Sequence record: PQ471516.1 | Direction: 5' to 3' (one strand) | DNA: 64,000 bases | Shown: piece after piece, positions 25,332 to 35,298 of the stretch | Numbering within the stretch: the first letter of the stretch is position 1 | Layout of the letters: every line of letters starts with the position of its first letter | Notes under the pieces: model-generated | Databases searched by the model: none | Told to the model about the DNA's origin: nothing | Seen by the model: only the letters and a program-made list of their open reading frames with translations | Position numbers and translations under genes: made by a program

Positions 25332-25570
25332 TGCATTACAAACATCTTCCAGAAATGGAATTCAGACGCATGTCCAAATCAATCAGACAAAAATACATTG
25401 CAACACAAAGGTACAACCTAAAGTACAAGCACAATATCCATGACGAACGATTGCTGTACGTAGTAGGGACCGAGTATCAGGATAGGGTTGTTAATTCATA
25501 TTTGTACGCCCTAAAAGAGTACATCCTATATCTTTGTAATAACACACAGCACATACAGGACATAAAATGA
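25331..25570 (+). CDS. LGTxxQ-family protein
   Basis: VVGTEYQD. Confidence 0.8.
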   Translation: MHYKHLPEMEFRRMSKSIRQKYIATQRYNLKYKHNIHDERLLYVVGTEYQDRVVNSYLYALKEYILYLCNNTQHIQDIK

Positions 25571-25887
25571 AATTTAATATCCTAAGAGTATCAAAAAGAG
25601 CGATTTATGCATATGAGTTTAATTATGATCAATTTGATGTAGATATCATTTTGTACAAGAACCGTGAAGGTGAAATGCTTTTTAAGTACCAAAATAGTGA
25701 AGCAGATAATATTCCTTTACCGGATTTAACCAAAATGCAAGAGGATGAATTCTTTCAGCAGAGCTTAGTATACGATATTGATTTTTATAGTATAGATATT
25801 CTTTTAGCTTTACAGAAAAAGATGCACGAAATCTTTAATGATTTAGCCCAAGGCGATGATAGTGCAAGGTTCGTATTCAATGTTTAG
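25567..25887 (+). CDS. FQ-motif family protein (short type)
   Basis: PDLT...EDEFFQQSLVYD. Confidence 0.85.
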   Translation: MKFNILRVSKRAIYAYEFNYDQFDVDIILYKNREGEMLFKYQNSEADNIPLPDLTKMQEDEFFQQSLVYDIDFYSIDILLALQKKMHEIFNDLAQGDDSARFVFNV

Positions 25888-26083
25888 AAACATAGATCCC
25901 AGTCAGTACGCAACCATGTACAGAGATTATTGGATGCAAAGTTCCAGTACCAAGTCCCTTGCGGAATTTCGTATGATATATTTTCTTGGTACAGAGAATC
26001 AAGAAGAAACGATGCTGGACTATCTTGAAGTACTAAAGGTTGAAGTACAAGATGAATACATATTAGGGGTTATAGAGCAGTGA
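25880..26083 (+). CDS. LGTxxQ-family protein
   Basis: FLGTENQE. Confidence 0.8.
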   Translation: MFRNIDPSQYATMYRDYWMQSSSTKSLAEFRMIYFLGTENQEETMLDYLEVLKVEVQDEYILGVIEQ

Positions 26084-26574
26084 AATCGAGATTCGTTTCA
26101 GAGTTCAGTACAGATGCGGTGTACGCTAAGGATTTAGTACAGTTATTAATTACATTGCTCAAGGCTAAGGATAATTCAGAAGTTCAAGATTTGTGTAGTT
26201 CTTGTATCCGAGATGCAGGTGGTAATTTGTATATTAAGATAGATGGATTAGAACGTCTTATATATAAACAATCAAAATTCATCCAAAGTTGGACATACCT
26301 TGATTTTGACAGTACATATTCAGCGTACACAAAAAGAAGTACAAAAACCTTTTTTACAATCCAGGGTAAAACGTATAATTTGTTAAAAGAGCCATTAACA
26401 GAAGAAATGTATTTCCAGATGCAATGCTTAGGATTAAGTACAGAAGCGTTAAATGCTTATGTGCTTATTGATGCTATGGAATATTTAGATTTAGATAAGT
26501 ACGTTCCAGACGGATGGAGAATGTCTTTACCTTCGTTATTTGCAGTGTACAATACAATACATGGGGAACCTTAA
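26080..26574 (+). CDS. FQ-motif family protein
   Basis: EEMYFQMQCL. Confidence 0.85.
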   Translation: MKSRFVSEFSTDAVYAKDLVQLLITLLKAKDNSEVQDLCSSCIRDAGGNLYIKIDGLERLIYKQSKFIQSWTYLDFDSTYSAYTKRSTKTFFTIQGKTYNLLKEPLTEEMYFQMQCLGLSTEALNAYVLIDAMEYLDLDKYVPDGWRMSLPSLFAVYNTIHGEP

Positions 26575-27085
26575 AGTGAATTTTAATGTAATTGATGTTC
26601 CTGAATTAGCAAAGAAGATTCAAACAATCCTGTACATAGGCAGTTCAATACGAAGTACAGGTGATTTCATCAGGACAGATAAAGTAAGAATGCAAGGTAT
26701 GCGTTCATCATATGATGTTAAAGGTATGTGCACATTTGATATGGTTTATACAAAATACGGAAAGGAAAAGAATGCAATATGTTTATTATCGTTTCCACCG
26801 AACCCTATAGCACCGAGAAATCCTAACAATACATTATGGTACGAGCAAGGTGCAGATACATTAGAGTTCAAGGGTACATTTTATGATGTAGAAGATATTC
26901 CAGCAACAGAAGAAGGAGCATTTCAGTACAGCCTATTGTATCCCGATGATGTAATATTTTATAAGAAGTTATTTTGGGAGTTAAACAATTTACCTCATTA
27001 CACCCCTAATTTTTCAATAGACCTTGAGTGCGTAGATACCGTATACGAAAGTTTAATGGAGTTCATTAGTTATGAAGTACAGTAA
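26561..27085 (+). CDS. FQ-motif family protein
   Basis: EEGAFQYSLLY. Confidence 0.85.
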   Translation: MGNLKVNFNVIDVPELAKKIQTILYIGSSIRSTGDFIRTDKVRMQGMRSSYDVKGMCTFDMVYTKYGKEKNAICLLSFPPNPIAPRNPNNTLWYEQGADTLEFKGTFYDVEDIPATEEGAFQYSLLYPDDVIFYKKLFWELNNLPHYTPNFSIDLECVDTVYESLMEFISYEVQ

Positions 27086-27662
27086 TCCAGAAGAGACAGT
27101 ATTTGAGTACACATATGAAAATGCTGTAGAGCTTTGTACAAAATTAAAAGAAGTCCTTCAAATATACAATTCCATTGTAAATGACCCAAAGAATAAAGAT
27201 AAAAATGTAATCCAAGTAAATGCATTTTGTTCCATAAACATAGCAAAAGACCATTCAGAATTACAGGTCCATAAAACACAAGATAACGAGGACAAATTCA
27301 GATTCATCAGGAATTATCCAATATCAGATGTTTTATCATATCTTAGTTTTCCACCTGGTCCTTGTTTGAGTAAAGAAGATACGGATTCATTTTGGTATAA
27401 TAGTACATTCCAGTACATGGGTATTAATAACAAGGGTTCAGATGCAACGGACAGGATTGAAGTGAATCAAAGTCCTAAAAGCGAAGAGGAATTCTTTCAG
27501 TACAGTACCCTTATGCATCCAAGAACAATTTTTTATTCATGCGTTTTAGATGCGTTAGTTGAATTAAAGAGTTCAGGTTTAGATTTACCGCATTTACGTT
27601 TCAACCCACAGAGCATTCCTAGTGTGTGGGAAATGTTCAAGAACGAGCCGCCTGTGTCGTAA
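27072..27662 (+). CDS. FQ-motif family protein
   Basis: EEEFFQYSTLM. Confidence 0.85.
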   Translation: MKYSNPEETVFEYTYENAVELCTKLKEVLQIYNSIVNDPKNKDKNVIQVNAFCSINIAKDHSELQVHKTQDNEDKFRFIRNYPISDVLSYLSFPPGPCLSKEDTDSFWYNSTFQYMGINNKGSDATDRIEVNQSPKSEEEFFQYSTLMHPRTIFYSCVLDALVELKSSGLDLPHLRFNPQSIPSVWEMFKNEPPVS

Positions 27663-27739
27663 GATACGGGCTTTTTTGTATTGACAAACGCAAAAGTACC
27701 AAGTACAATACAGATGTATATTAATAAAAGGAACATACC

Positions 27740-28261
27740 ATGAAACCCGTAATCGATTATGAAGTACCACAAACGTTCGAAGAGTGCAATGCGTACATCG
27801 ACAAGGTGCTTTGCATTTTCAAGGCATTCATTGAAGAGGACATTCCAACCTTTGATTACGAACATCCCACCCAAGGGTACAAAAACATGTACACGAGGAA
27901 TAACATGAATGGTATTATTCCTCACATCACGAGTTCAACGTTTTGGTACACAGATAGTTCAAATGGTTCAAAAGATTTCCTTGTAAGCGATTTGCATTTA
28001 AAAGAACCTTCATCAGTACCTATGCTGTTTGAGCCTATTCAATCAGGAGAAGAGTATTTTCAGTACAGCACCTTGTATACAGCATTTGAGTTATTTTGTA
28101 TTCAGATGTACGCAAGAACAAATGCTTACATTAAAGATAATCCAATCAATTTCAAAAGTGCGAAGATTGTCCATCCTGTATTTGCTGATTTATATGATTC
28201 AGTGTATTCAGGTAAAAAGCCAAAGTACACCCACACCGCGTATAGAGCGTTTCGTCCTTAA
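27740..28261 (+). CDS. FQ-motif family protein
   Basis: GEEYFQYSTLY; promoter TTGACA 27681-N17-TACAAT. Confidence 0.85.
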   Translation: MKPVIDYEVPQTFEECNAYIDKVLCIFKAFIEEDIPTFDYEHPTQGYKNMYTRNNMNGIIPHITSSTFWYTDSSNGSKDFLVSDLHLKEPSSVPMLFEPIQSGEEYFQYSTLYTAFELFCIQMYARTNAYIKDNPINFKSAKIVHPVFADLYDSVYSGKKPKYTHTAYRAFRP

Positions 28262-28270
28262 GGAGCTATA

Positions 28271-28882
28271 ATGAGTTACATGAGTTCACACAGATTATTA
28301 GATGTATTAAAGAAGCATCTTGTTTTCCTTCAGGACAAGTTACGTTCCTTTTCAGAGATATTCCCTGATGGTAGTAAGTTGGTAGTTCCTTTTCGTGCAC
28401 CCAATGTGAATGACCAGTTCGTAGTTCACATTAGTACAGATAATATTTCGTTGCGTATTATCAATTCAGATTTAGATTTATTCGGTGTAAGATTCAATAC
28501 AAAACAAACGGTATCGAGTTCGTCCCTAAACAAATGGGATTTTTGTATTGCTCACCCTAATAAAGCTGAAGAGATTTGGATACAAATCAGTGCAGATGGT
28601 CATGAGAGATCGCATTTTGCGTATTATCCTAAAACAGATAAGTTTCCAGAATCAGTGTATTACAAGAGAACAGATTATGAAACATTGGATTCATTTTTGT
28701 TCCAGCAGCAGATGTTTGAAGGAGTAAGAAATCAAGATGAAATCCAGAAGGACATTGATACAATCCTTGATATTCAAAGTTATCTTGATGAAGACATGTA
28801 CGTATATCATGGTAATTCAGTTATTTTTGAAAATGTATTACCGTCCTTTATCAATACATTACAAGATATTAAGGTGTTTTAA
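28271..28882 (+). CDS. FQ-motif family protein
   Basis: DSFLFQQQMF. Confidence 0.8.
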   Translation: MSYMSSHRLLDVLKKHLVFLQDKLRSFSEIFPDGSKLVVPFRAPNVNDQFVVHISTDNISLRIINSDLDLFGVRFNTKQTVSSSSLNKWDFCIAHPNKAEEIWIQISADGHERSHFAYYPKTDKFPESVYYKRTDYETLDSFLFQQQMFEGVRNQDEIQKDIDTILDIQSYLDEDMYVYHGNSVIFENVLPSFINTLQDIKVF

Positions 28883-29115
28883 TGATTTTATTCAATACAG
28901 GTCCGTGTTCCTTAGAAGTGATGTTTTCAAGAAATCGTTTATGGAATCAAAATTTCAGGGACGATACGTTGTTTCACAGGATGGTACAAACCTTCGAACA
29001 TGAGAAAGAAGAAGAATACATGCACAGAATCATGTACATAGTAGTCCTTAGTACACCTGAATATTACGAGCGTTTGAGAGAGTTCAATTCCAAGATACCA
29101 AAGGAGCCTATGTGA
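28882..29115 (+). CDS. Hypothetical protein
   Basis: Coupled to neighbours. Confidence 0.65.
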   Translation: MILFNTGPCSLEVMFSRNRLWNQNFRDDTLFHRMVQTFEHEKEEEYMHRIMYIVVLSTPEYYERLREFNSKIPKEPM

Positions 29116-29504
29116 AACCAGTACCGTTAAGATATCAATTTTGTGCTTACGCAGTGCAAATGTACAGTTCAGAGGGTATATGTCAATACGAGTTTGATAT
29201 TGAGTCACAGGAGACGAATGAAGAGGTGTACACGGTACGTTACCTTTACGGGAAGTACACCTTCGCTATCAAAGACAAGCACAGAAACATATTCCCTGTT
29301 CCTAATTTTGTGCACGAACCGGAGTTGGAGTTCCAGTACAGCACCTTAAGAGATGACATTCCTGTGCACAAGAAGATGCAGGATGTGCTGATAAAGTTCG
29401 TAGAATGTGTTATGGCGGTTGACAATTACCCGAATATCCTGTACATTACCTTTGATAGTTACGAAATCTTAGAAGATATGTTCGAGGGATGGGAATTATG
29501 TTAA
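29112..29504 (+). CDS. FQ-motif family protein (short type)
   Basis: PELEFQYSTLR. Confidence 0.85.
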   Translation: MKPVPLRYQFCAYAVQMYSSEGICQYEFDIESQETNEEVYTVRYLYGKYTFAIKDKHRNIFPVPNFVHEPELEFQYSTLRDDIPVHKKMQDVLIKFVECVMAVDNYPNILYITFDSYEILEDMFEGWELC

Positions 29505-29692
29505 GCGAAAATCAGATACGTATAGTTGACAGGATGGTATCCCTGCATATCAGTCAGTACCTTTATGATTCCAGAAGAGGTGTTGATACATGGGACATTA
29601 CAATGCAATGCATCAGGCTTTTTTATACGGATTTTAACAATGGATTAAAGTGGCTCCAAGAGAGAAAAGATGAAAAAGTACACCAAAAATGA
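29498..29692 (+). CDS. Hypothetical protein
   Basis: Coupled to neighbours. Confidence 0.65.
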   Translation: MLSENQIRIVDRMVSLHISQYLYDSRRGVDTWDITMQCIRLFYTDFNNGLKWLQERKDEKVHQK

Positions 29693-29864
29693 GTTTATAG
29701 TAGAAATCCAGTTCGTATTTCAAAAGTGGAAAGCCTTGGGTTTAGAGAATTTTCCGTATCAGGATTTTAAATTATTATATTTTTGGGGTAGTAATATGCA
29801 GGACGCTGTATTAAAAGAGTACCTAAAAGAGATGCAGTACAAGATACAGTACAAGAAGGAATAG
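29670..29864 (+). CDS. LGTxxQ-family protein (divergent)
   Basis: YFWGSNMQD. Confidence 0.75.
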   Translation: MKKYTKNEFIVEIQFVFQKWKALGLENFPYQDFKLLYFWGSNMQDAVLKEYLKEMQYKIQYKKE

Positions 29865-29866
29865 CA

Positions 29867-30091
29867 ATGAGTGTCAATCCAAGTCATGAAGTAGTATTTG
29901 ATTCGAGTATAGTACATTTAGTTGTAGAAATGGTTAATGAAGATTTCAAACAAGAAATGGATGAAAAACAATGGGAAATGCTTTTGGAGTTCATATTACA
30001 AAACATCAGGTCGTATTGGGTGGAGGCAGTTCGAGAAGAGATGTTTTGGAGGGGTGAAATTCAAATGATAAATAACGGCATTTTGGAATAA
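29867..30091 (+). CDS. Acidic hypothetical protein
   Basis: RBS AAGGA. Confidence 0.7.
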   Translation: MSVNPSHEVVFDSSIVHLVVEMVNEDFKQEMDEKQWEMLLEFILQNIRSYWVEAVREEMFWRGEIQMINNGILE

Positions 30092-30294
30092 AGAGAAGTG
30101 GCGGTTTTACAGGCCGATGTTTTAGGGGTCAAAAAAATTTCCGCTTTAACAAGGTGGAGATTATCTTTTATATATAGTGTTAGAATTGTGCATAAGCGTA
30201 GAAGGAATTTTCGAAAAAGAAAAAAGACGCGACGCAGCCACGATTCGGCCTGGAAATATATTTCTTTATCTTGTATTTTAATTTGGAGTTTATT

Positions 30295-30639
30295 ATGGAT
30301 TTTGATTATTCGGTTTACAGTATAAAGTACCATGATTCTTTTGAATTGTATTGTAATCTTGTAAAGGGTGATAGCAAGCACGATTGTGAGCAATTCCTGC
30401 GATACGATGGGAAACAATTTCATTTCTATGATTACTGCACTGGAGATAAAGAAGAAGTACCTGATTATACTGCACTGGATGATGCAGAACTATTTCAGGC
30501 TAGACTTGTATTTGATGCAAGATTAGTTTGTACTATTGAAGAGATGATTCCTATACAACAGGAATTAAAAGAACATTCCAAAAAGAAAGTCGAGTACGGA
30601 TATAATCATCGTTATCACTTTAATCTAGAGGATAAGTAA
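30295..30639 (+). CDS. FQ-motif family protein (short type)
   Basis: PDYTALDDAELFQARLVFD; RBS GGAG. Confidence 0.85.
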   Translation: MDFDYSVYSIKYHDSFELYCNLVKGDSKHDCEQFLRYDGKQFHFYDYCTGDKEEVPDYTALDDAELFQARLVFDARLVCTIEEMIPIQQELKEHSKKKVEYGYNHRYHFNLEDK

Positions 30640-31115
30640 TGAGTTTAGAAAGTGCATTAGAATTAGGTCGAAGGATAGTTCCTATTATTAATTTCTACCA
30701 AAAGAATTTATATAAGCTAGGATACTTCAATGATGAAATCCTGACTCCTGAAGAACTGGATTTGGGATACATGTGTATGTTAGCCTTTGGTCAGTATCAT
30801 ACTAGTGGTGATTGTGATGTGAATCTTAGTGGTGGATATCTTGATTTCGAGAGGAATAGTGCACTCCAATTCGTAGACAGAAATGGTTCAGTACAACGCA
30901 TTGAACCGGAAGAGTTTAAAGAATGTAGTACTATGACCGAGGATATGTATTTCCAGTTAAGTACTCTTTACAGTTCAGAGGCACTTGATGCAATGATACT
31001 TTTTGATTACTTATATGGCAGTGATGTTCCTAATTTTGTGTATCTAAGTCTTACTCGTTTGGATATTCTGGAAGAATTATATGAACAGGATTTATTAAAA
31101 CAGGTACATATATAA
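30639..31115 (+). CDS. FQ-motif family protein (long type)
   Basis: EDMYFQLSTLY. Confidence 0.85.
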   Translation: MSLESALELGRRIVPIINFYQKNLYKLGYFNDEILTPEELDLGYMCMLAFGQYHTSGDCDVNLSGGYLDFERNSALQFVDRNGSVQRIEPEEFKECSTMTEDMYFQLSTLYSSEALDAMILFDYLYGSDVPNFVYLSLTRLDILEELYEQDLLKQVHI

Positions 31116-31468
31116 TGGAATTTGAATTTGTAATATCGACACATTGTTTCAAGTTACAGCGTCAGTACTTTTGTAATTTAAACAAAGGTGATATGATACA
31201 TGCTGGGAATGAATATCTTCATTACAGTAGTGGTAAATTTACATTTGTTAATTACGATAATTATCTTTCTCCACACGAAGAGATGCTGGATTATACAGTA
31301 CTACCAGATGGTGAACTATTTCAGCAGTCCCTGGTATTTGATAAGAAGTACATTTGTTCTTTTGAGGAAGTTTGTGCTTTGCAGAAGATCATAAAAGAAT
31401 ACGATGAGAGTACTTCTGGGCGTGATATAATAATTAATGAATATAAGTTCAACCTAGAGGATATGTAA
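31115..31468 (+). CDS. FQ-motif family protein (short type)
   Basis: DYTVLPDGELFQQSLVFD. Confidence 0.85.
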   Translation: MEFEFVISTHCFKLQRQYFCNLNKGDMIHAGNEYLHYSSGKFTFVNYDNYLSPHEEMLDYTVLPDGELFQQSLVFDKKYICSFEEVCALQKIIKEYDESTSGRDIIINEYKFNLEDM

Positions 31469-31905
31469 TGAGTTTAGAAAGAGCATTAGAAATTGCTGAG
31501 TTGATTGATATGTGCAGAACTAAAATCAAAACTGACTGCCTCAATGGGTATCTATATCAGGAAGGCAATTCATATTACCGAATGTTATTTGATGAAAGTT
31601 CTGATAGTATTGAAATGTATGATGATAAGTTAGATACCAGATATACAGTTGAATGCGATGTTAGTTTAGAAGATAATTACATATTCTTTTGTAAGAACTC
31701 TAGTATTGCATTGAATTATAATGAGCTTCTCCCTTATTCAGTACTTGAAGGTAATTGGGGTAGTCCAGAATATTACTTCCAGCAAAGTACTATCTACAGT
31801 GAAGAAGTCCTTGATAAACTCGTCATTTTGTGGTACTTTAATAACACGAGTCCCAATAACTTCTACATGGACTTAGACATATTAGATGTAATGAAAGGGG
31901 GATAA
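31468..31905 (+). CDS. FQ-motif family protein (long type)
   Basis: PEYYFQQSTIY. Confidence 0.85.
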   Translation: MSLERALEIAELIDMCRTKIKTDCLNGYLYQEGNSYYRMLFDESSDSIEMYDDKLDTRYTVECDVSLEDNYIFFCKNSSIALNYNELLPYSVLEGNWGSPEYYFQQSTIYSEEVLDKLVILWYFNNTSPNNFYMDLDILDVMKGG

Positions 31906-31907
31906 AC

Positions 31908-32387
31908 GTGTCATTTGAAAGTGCCTTTATAGAAGCCCAACGAATCCATGAGTACATGATTCGTATTATTAATGATGATAATCCAAATATAACAAAGTAC
32001 TGTGATGCATCATGGACTGAGTACTACCTATGTACACCAGCACAAAAAAATTACATGTTGGATTCAAATACTCGTATTCTACATTTATGCCCTAATAGTA
32101 ATCACTTCTACTGTTGCAGTACAGCAGAGCACAGTACTATGGAGTTCAGTAGGAGTAGTCCTATTATTTTTTATAAATGGAATGTAGAGGGTTCTAACTA
32201 TACTGACTGTACACACCAGATAGATGCAGAAGTACTGGATGAGCCGTGGGATTCTTCTGATTATTATTTTCAGATGAGCACTGTGTACGAAGAAGATGTA
32301 CTTGACACTTTAGTACTGATGTGGTACTTTAAGCACAGAACAGATTATCCAGATTTCTATCTGGAGTACTACCACGACTTAGGCTAA
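31908..32387 (+). CDS. FQ-motif family protein (long type)
   Basis: SDYYFQMSTVY. Confidence 0.85.
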   Translation: MSFESAFIEAQRIHEYMIRIINDDNPNITKYCDASWTEYYLCTPAQKNYMLDSNTRILHLCPNSNHFYCCSTAEHSTMEFSRSSPIIFYKWNVEGSNYTDCTHQIDAEVLDEPWDSSDYYFQMSTVYEEDVLDTLVLMWYFKHRTDYPDFYLEYYHDLG

Positions 32388-32396
32388 GAGGATTAT

Positions 32397-32945
32397 ATGG
32401 ATTACACATTTAATGGTTTAGAGTACAGGCACTGTATTGCAATGGCTAAAGTACTGGAGTACGTTATGACCAGATTGCAATGCAATGAATTTCTTAAGCG
32501 AAATGACTTATATCTAAATTCCGATGGTTTCTTGTTTGCTGACAATGATGATATTGACTTTGATCGTTGCGTTCGTATTGGTAAAGAAACCATATCAAGA
32601 GCCGGATGTATGGGTGCAGTTCTTACGCATTGTATTTCTTTTTACCCAGATGGTCATACGATTCGTATTGTTCAAGGACATGAAAGCTCTTTTTCGTTTC
32701 AAGACAATCCAGATTTTGAATCGTTGTTCTTCCAGAACATTTTAGTACTTGAACCTATGAAAGTACTATATATCGTAGTGTTCAATTATTTGCACAACAT
32801 TAAATGCATAGATTCATTTGATATAGAAATGAGTCTTATGCGTATTATCAATCAAATACCTGAACTTCAGAGTATTACCGAAGAACCGTACTTCGACGAT
32901 TTCACAGAATTATATCGTATGCACCGCTTTGAAGGAGATGAATAA
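32397..32945 (+). CDS. FQ-motif family protein
   Basis: ESLFFQNILVL. Confidence 0.85.
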   Translation: MDYTFNGLEYRHCIAMAKVLEYVMTRLQCNEFLKRNDLYLNSDGFLFADNDDIDFDRCVRIGKETISRAGCMGAVLTHCISFYPDGHTIRIVQGHESSFSFQDNPDFESLFFQNILVLEPMKVLYIVVFNYLHNIKCIDSFDIEMSLMRIINQIPELQSITEEPYFDDFTELYRMHRFEGDE

Positions 32946-33427
32946 TGTCATTTAACGGAGCACTTGAAAAAGCTAATACTATTTTCGAGTACTATAAACT
33001 ATTTCGTAATGGTGACTTGGATGAACTTTTTCATTACAGCGATGATTCTGATTCATACTATCATAACAATAGTGATGGTAAGACATGGATAGTATACAGT
33101 ACTAGTGTATCACATGAAACTATTGAGTACTGCTGCAATCCAGACAGGGAATATATCATGTACAGTCATAATTCTGAATATATTAAACTTGAATTATGGA
33201 CACCTGATGAGTGGACTTACAAGAAGACAACCGCCGATGGTGATGAGTTAAATGCAATGTACCAAGATTGGTTATCAGAAGATTATTACTTCCAGCAAAA
33301 TACTTTGCACAAGGAAATGTATCTTGATGCTATGGTAGTTCTTTCTTATCTTCGTTCTAAGAATTTAAGTCCTTTTTATTTGAATTTAGGTTATCTTGAA
33401 GAAATCAAGAAGTCAATGCAGGGGTAA
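32945..33427 (+). CDS. FQ-motif family protein (long type)
   Basis: EDYYFQQNTLH. Confidence 0.85.
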   Translation: MSFNGALEKANTIFEYYKLFRNGDLDELFHYSDDSDSYYHNNSDGKTWIVYSTSVSHETIEYCCNPDREYIMYSHNSEYIKLELWTPDEWTYKKTTADGDELNAMYQDWLSEDYYFQQNTLHKEMYLDAMVVLSYLRSKNLSPFYLNLGYLEEIKKSMQG

Positions 33428-33430
33428 TCA

Positions 33431-33778
33431 ATGAAAACTGAAATAGATGTAACTAACTTTTCGTACAACGGTACACTGTATTGTATTTTTAAACTCAATA
33501 ACAAAGATGTATCAATTCGTGCTCTTTATAATATTTGTACTACCGAAACTGAATACGATTTGTACATAGTTAAAGATGAACGTGGTGAGCGTGGTAGGAT
33601 TCCTAATTACGCTGAATGTTCATACAGGGATGAATATGAAGCTTTTATGTTCCAGGAATCCTTAGTATGGGAGAAGGATGTTGATTTCTTCTTAGTAAAA
33701 GAAATCCAAGAGTACTTCCAAAGTAATTACAAGAAGTTTATAAATGATGATTCCAAATTTACTTTAATACTAGGATAA
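33431..33778 (+). CDS. FQ-motif family protein (short type)
   Basis: EAFMFQESLVW. Confidence 0.85.
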   Translation: MKTEIDVTNFSYNGTLYCIFKLNNKDVSIRALYNICTTETEYDLYIVKDERGERGRIPNYAECSYRDEYEAFMFQESLVWEKDVDFFLVKEIQEYFQSNYKKFINDDSKFTLILG

Positions 33779-33781
33779 TTT

Positions 33782-34162
33782 ATGACATTCGAAGATTCAC
33801 AAAGAATTGTAAGTAAATGTATGGAATTAATAAAAGAAGATAATGATATATCATATAGTCCTGAGAAAAATGAATTCAAGATAGATGGTGCTTTTTGTTA
33901 CAATCCGCATTGGGATAAAAAAATCACATTCTTCTCAAAAGAGGGTTATAAAACAGATTATCCCCTAGAGCCAGAGCACGATCCTAGTACTGAAGAAGGT
34001 TTCTTTCAGTTGAGTTTACTTTACAATGATGATATAGTCCTGATGTATGCAATATTCGATGCGTTTCAAAAGAGCGATTACGAAGAAATTTTCTTCCCTA
34101 ATTATCGTTTTCATGTTGAACTAACTGGGATGGTGAAATGCAAAATCAAAGTGGAGGAATAG
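33782..34162 (+). CDS. FQ-motif family protein
   Basis: EEGFFQLSLLY. Confidence 0.85.
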   Translation: MTFEDSQRIVSKCMELIKEDNDISYSPEKNEFKIDGAFCYNPHWDKKITFFSKEGYKTDYPLEPEHDPSTEEGFFQLSLLYNDDIVLMYAIFDAFQKSDYEEIFFPNYRFHVELTGMVKCKIKVEE

Positions 34163-34163
34163 T

Positions 34164-34475
34164 GTGACACACGATGAATATAAAAGAGTCTGTACCGTGC
34201 AGAGTTCACTCCTTGATATAACTAAGGAGGATGCTGCATATGCACTTGTTTGTAAGAATATTCTTTCTGATTACCAAGATTTCTTTACAAAGAAATACAC
34301 TGGGCGTTCTGTTTTGTTCACGGTGTACTTGCTAGGAGAAGACCAAATCCAAGAAATGAAAATAAACGGGTACTGTATAAATTTACATGCGGTATTCTTC
34401 AGAGTAGGTAAAAACGGTTCTATCACCTACGCTGCCAGATGTTTCAGTACTGGATACGTTGAATTACTCCCATAG
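34164..34475 (+). CDS. Hypothetical protein
   Basis: RBS GGAGG, GTG start; no family motif. Confidence 0.75.
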   Translation: MTHDEYKRVCTVQSSLLDITKEDAAYALVCKNILSDYQDFFTKKYTGRSVLFTVYLLGEDQIQEMKINGYCINLHAVFFRVGKNGSITYAARCFSTGYVELLP

Positions 34476-34521
34476 TATTGACACTTGGGAGTTTTGTGCT
34501 ATAATATTTTTAGAGGTACTT

Positions 34522-34833
34522 ATGACAACATATACAGTTGAGGTTAGCAGTTACGGGACGTACACGTACAGGGCAGGTGTAGTAGGTAAATTCGATCAGA
34601 TCCTTGCATACGATGCATTTGAAGATTTCTGGTACATTCCATATCCTAATGAACGCAAATACGCTGATATCAGTGAAATCTTTAAGATGAATGAAGAAGA
34701 GTTGTTTCAATTCTCATTAGTATGGGAACATAAAATCCCTATGGAAGTCGTTATTGCACTGAATCCTATCATCATGAATTTGGTGCTAAATTGTGAAACG
34801 CCCCGCAACATGAAGATTACATTTGAGGTGTAA
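34522..34833 (+). CDS. FQ-motif family protein (short type)
   Basis: EEELFQFSLVW; promoter TTGACA 34478-N16-TATAAT. Confidence 0.85.
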   Translation: MTTYTVEVSSYGTYTYRAGVVGKFDQILAYDAFEDFWYIPYPNERKYADISEIFKMNEEELFQFSLVWEHKIPMEVVIALNPIIMNLVLNCETPRNMKITFEV

Positions 34834-35298
34834 ATGATTAATTTAGAGAATAGCAGGACTTTAGCGAATAAGGTTATTACAATTGTTCAGTACTACCATA
34901 CAAACAGGCATCTTCTTACTGAGAATGTTCTGGTAGTTAGCAGGAGTGAAGATTTCGATGTAGATGCCTTAAAGGTATGTGAATGTATATCTGAAGATAA
35001 TTTAACAGAATACAGTGCTCGTTATCAGTACATGTGCTACAATAAGATGAGACGCTTACACATTTCGAGTGACATGTACCCAACTAAAGATGAATTCGAA
35101 GAATTTGATATCACCAAAGATGAGTGCATGTATGCCTGTACTGAAGAAGGTTTCTTTCAATTAGAGACAATGTATTACCCTGAAGTTGTTGAAATTATTG
35201 CAGCTTTTGGTTTCATTTATAATAGCGATATTAACGTTGACTTCTATCTGGACTTAGATTATCTGGATTATCTTTATGCTGAGGCTACTAAAAAATGA
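34834..35298 (+). CDS. FQ-motif family protein (long type)
   Basis: EEGFFQLETMY. Confidence 0.85.
   Translation: MINLENSRTLANKVITIVQYYHTNRHLLTENVLVVSRSEDFDVDALKVCECISEDNLTEYSARYQYMCYNKMRRLHISSDMYPTKDEFEEFDITKDECMYACTEEGFFQLETMYYPEVVEIIAAFGFIYNSDINVDFYLDLDYLDYLYAEATKK

Noticed and set aside
30098-30325. ORF MAVLQADV... (75 aa)
   Set aside because: GTG start, low-complexity basic/hydrophobic translation overlapping the next gene; more likely an intergenic regulatory gap
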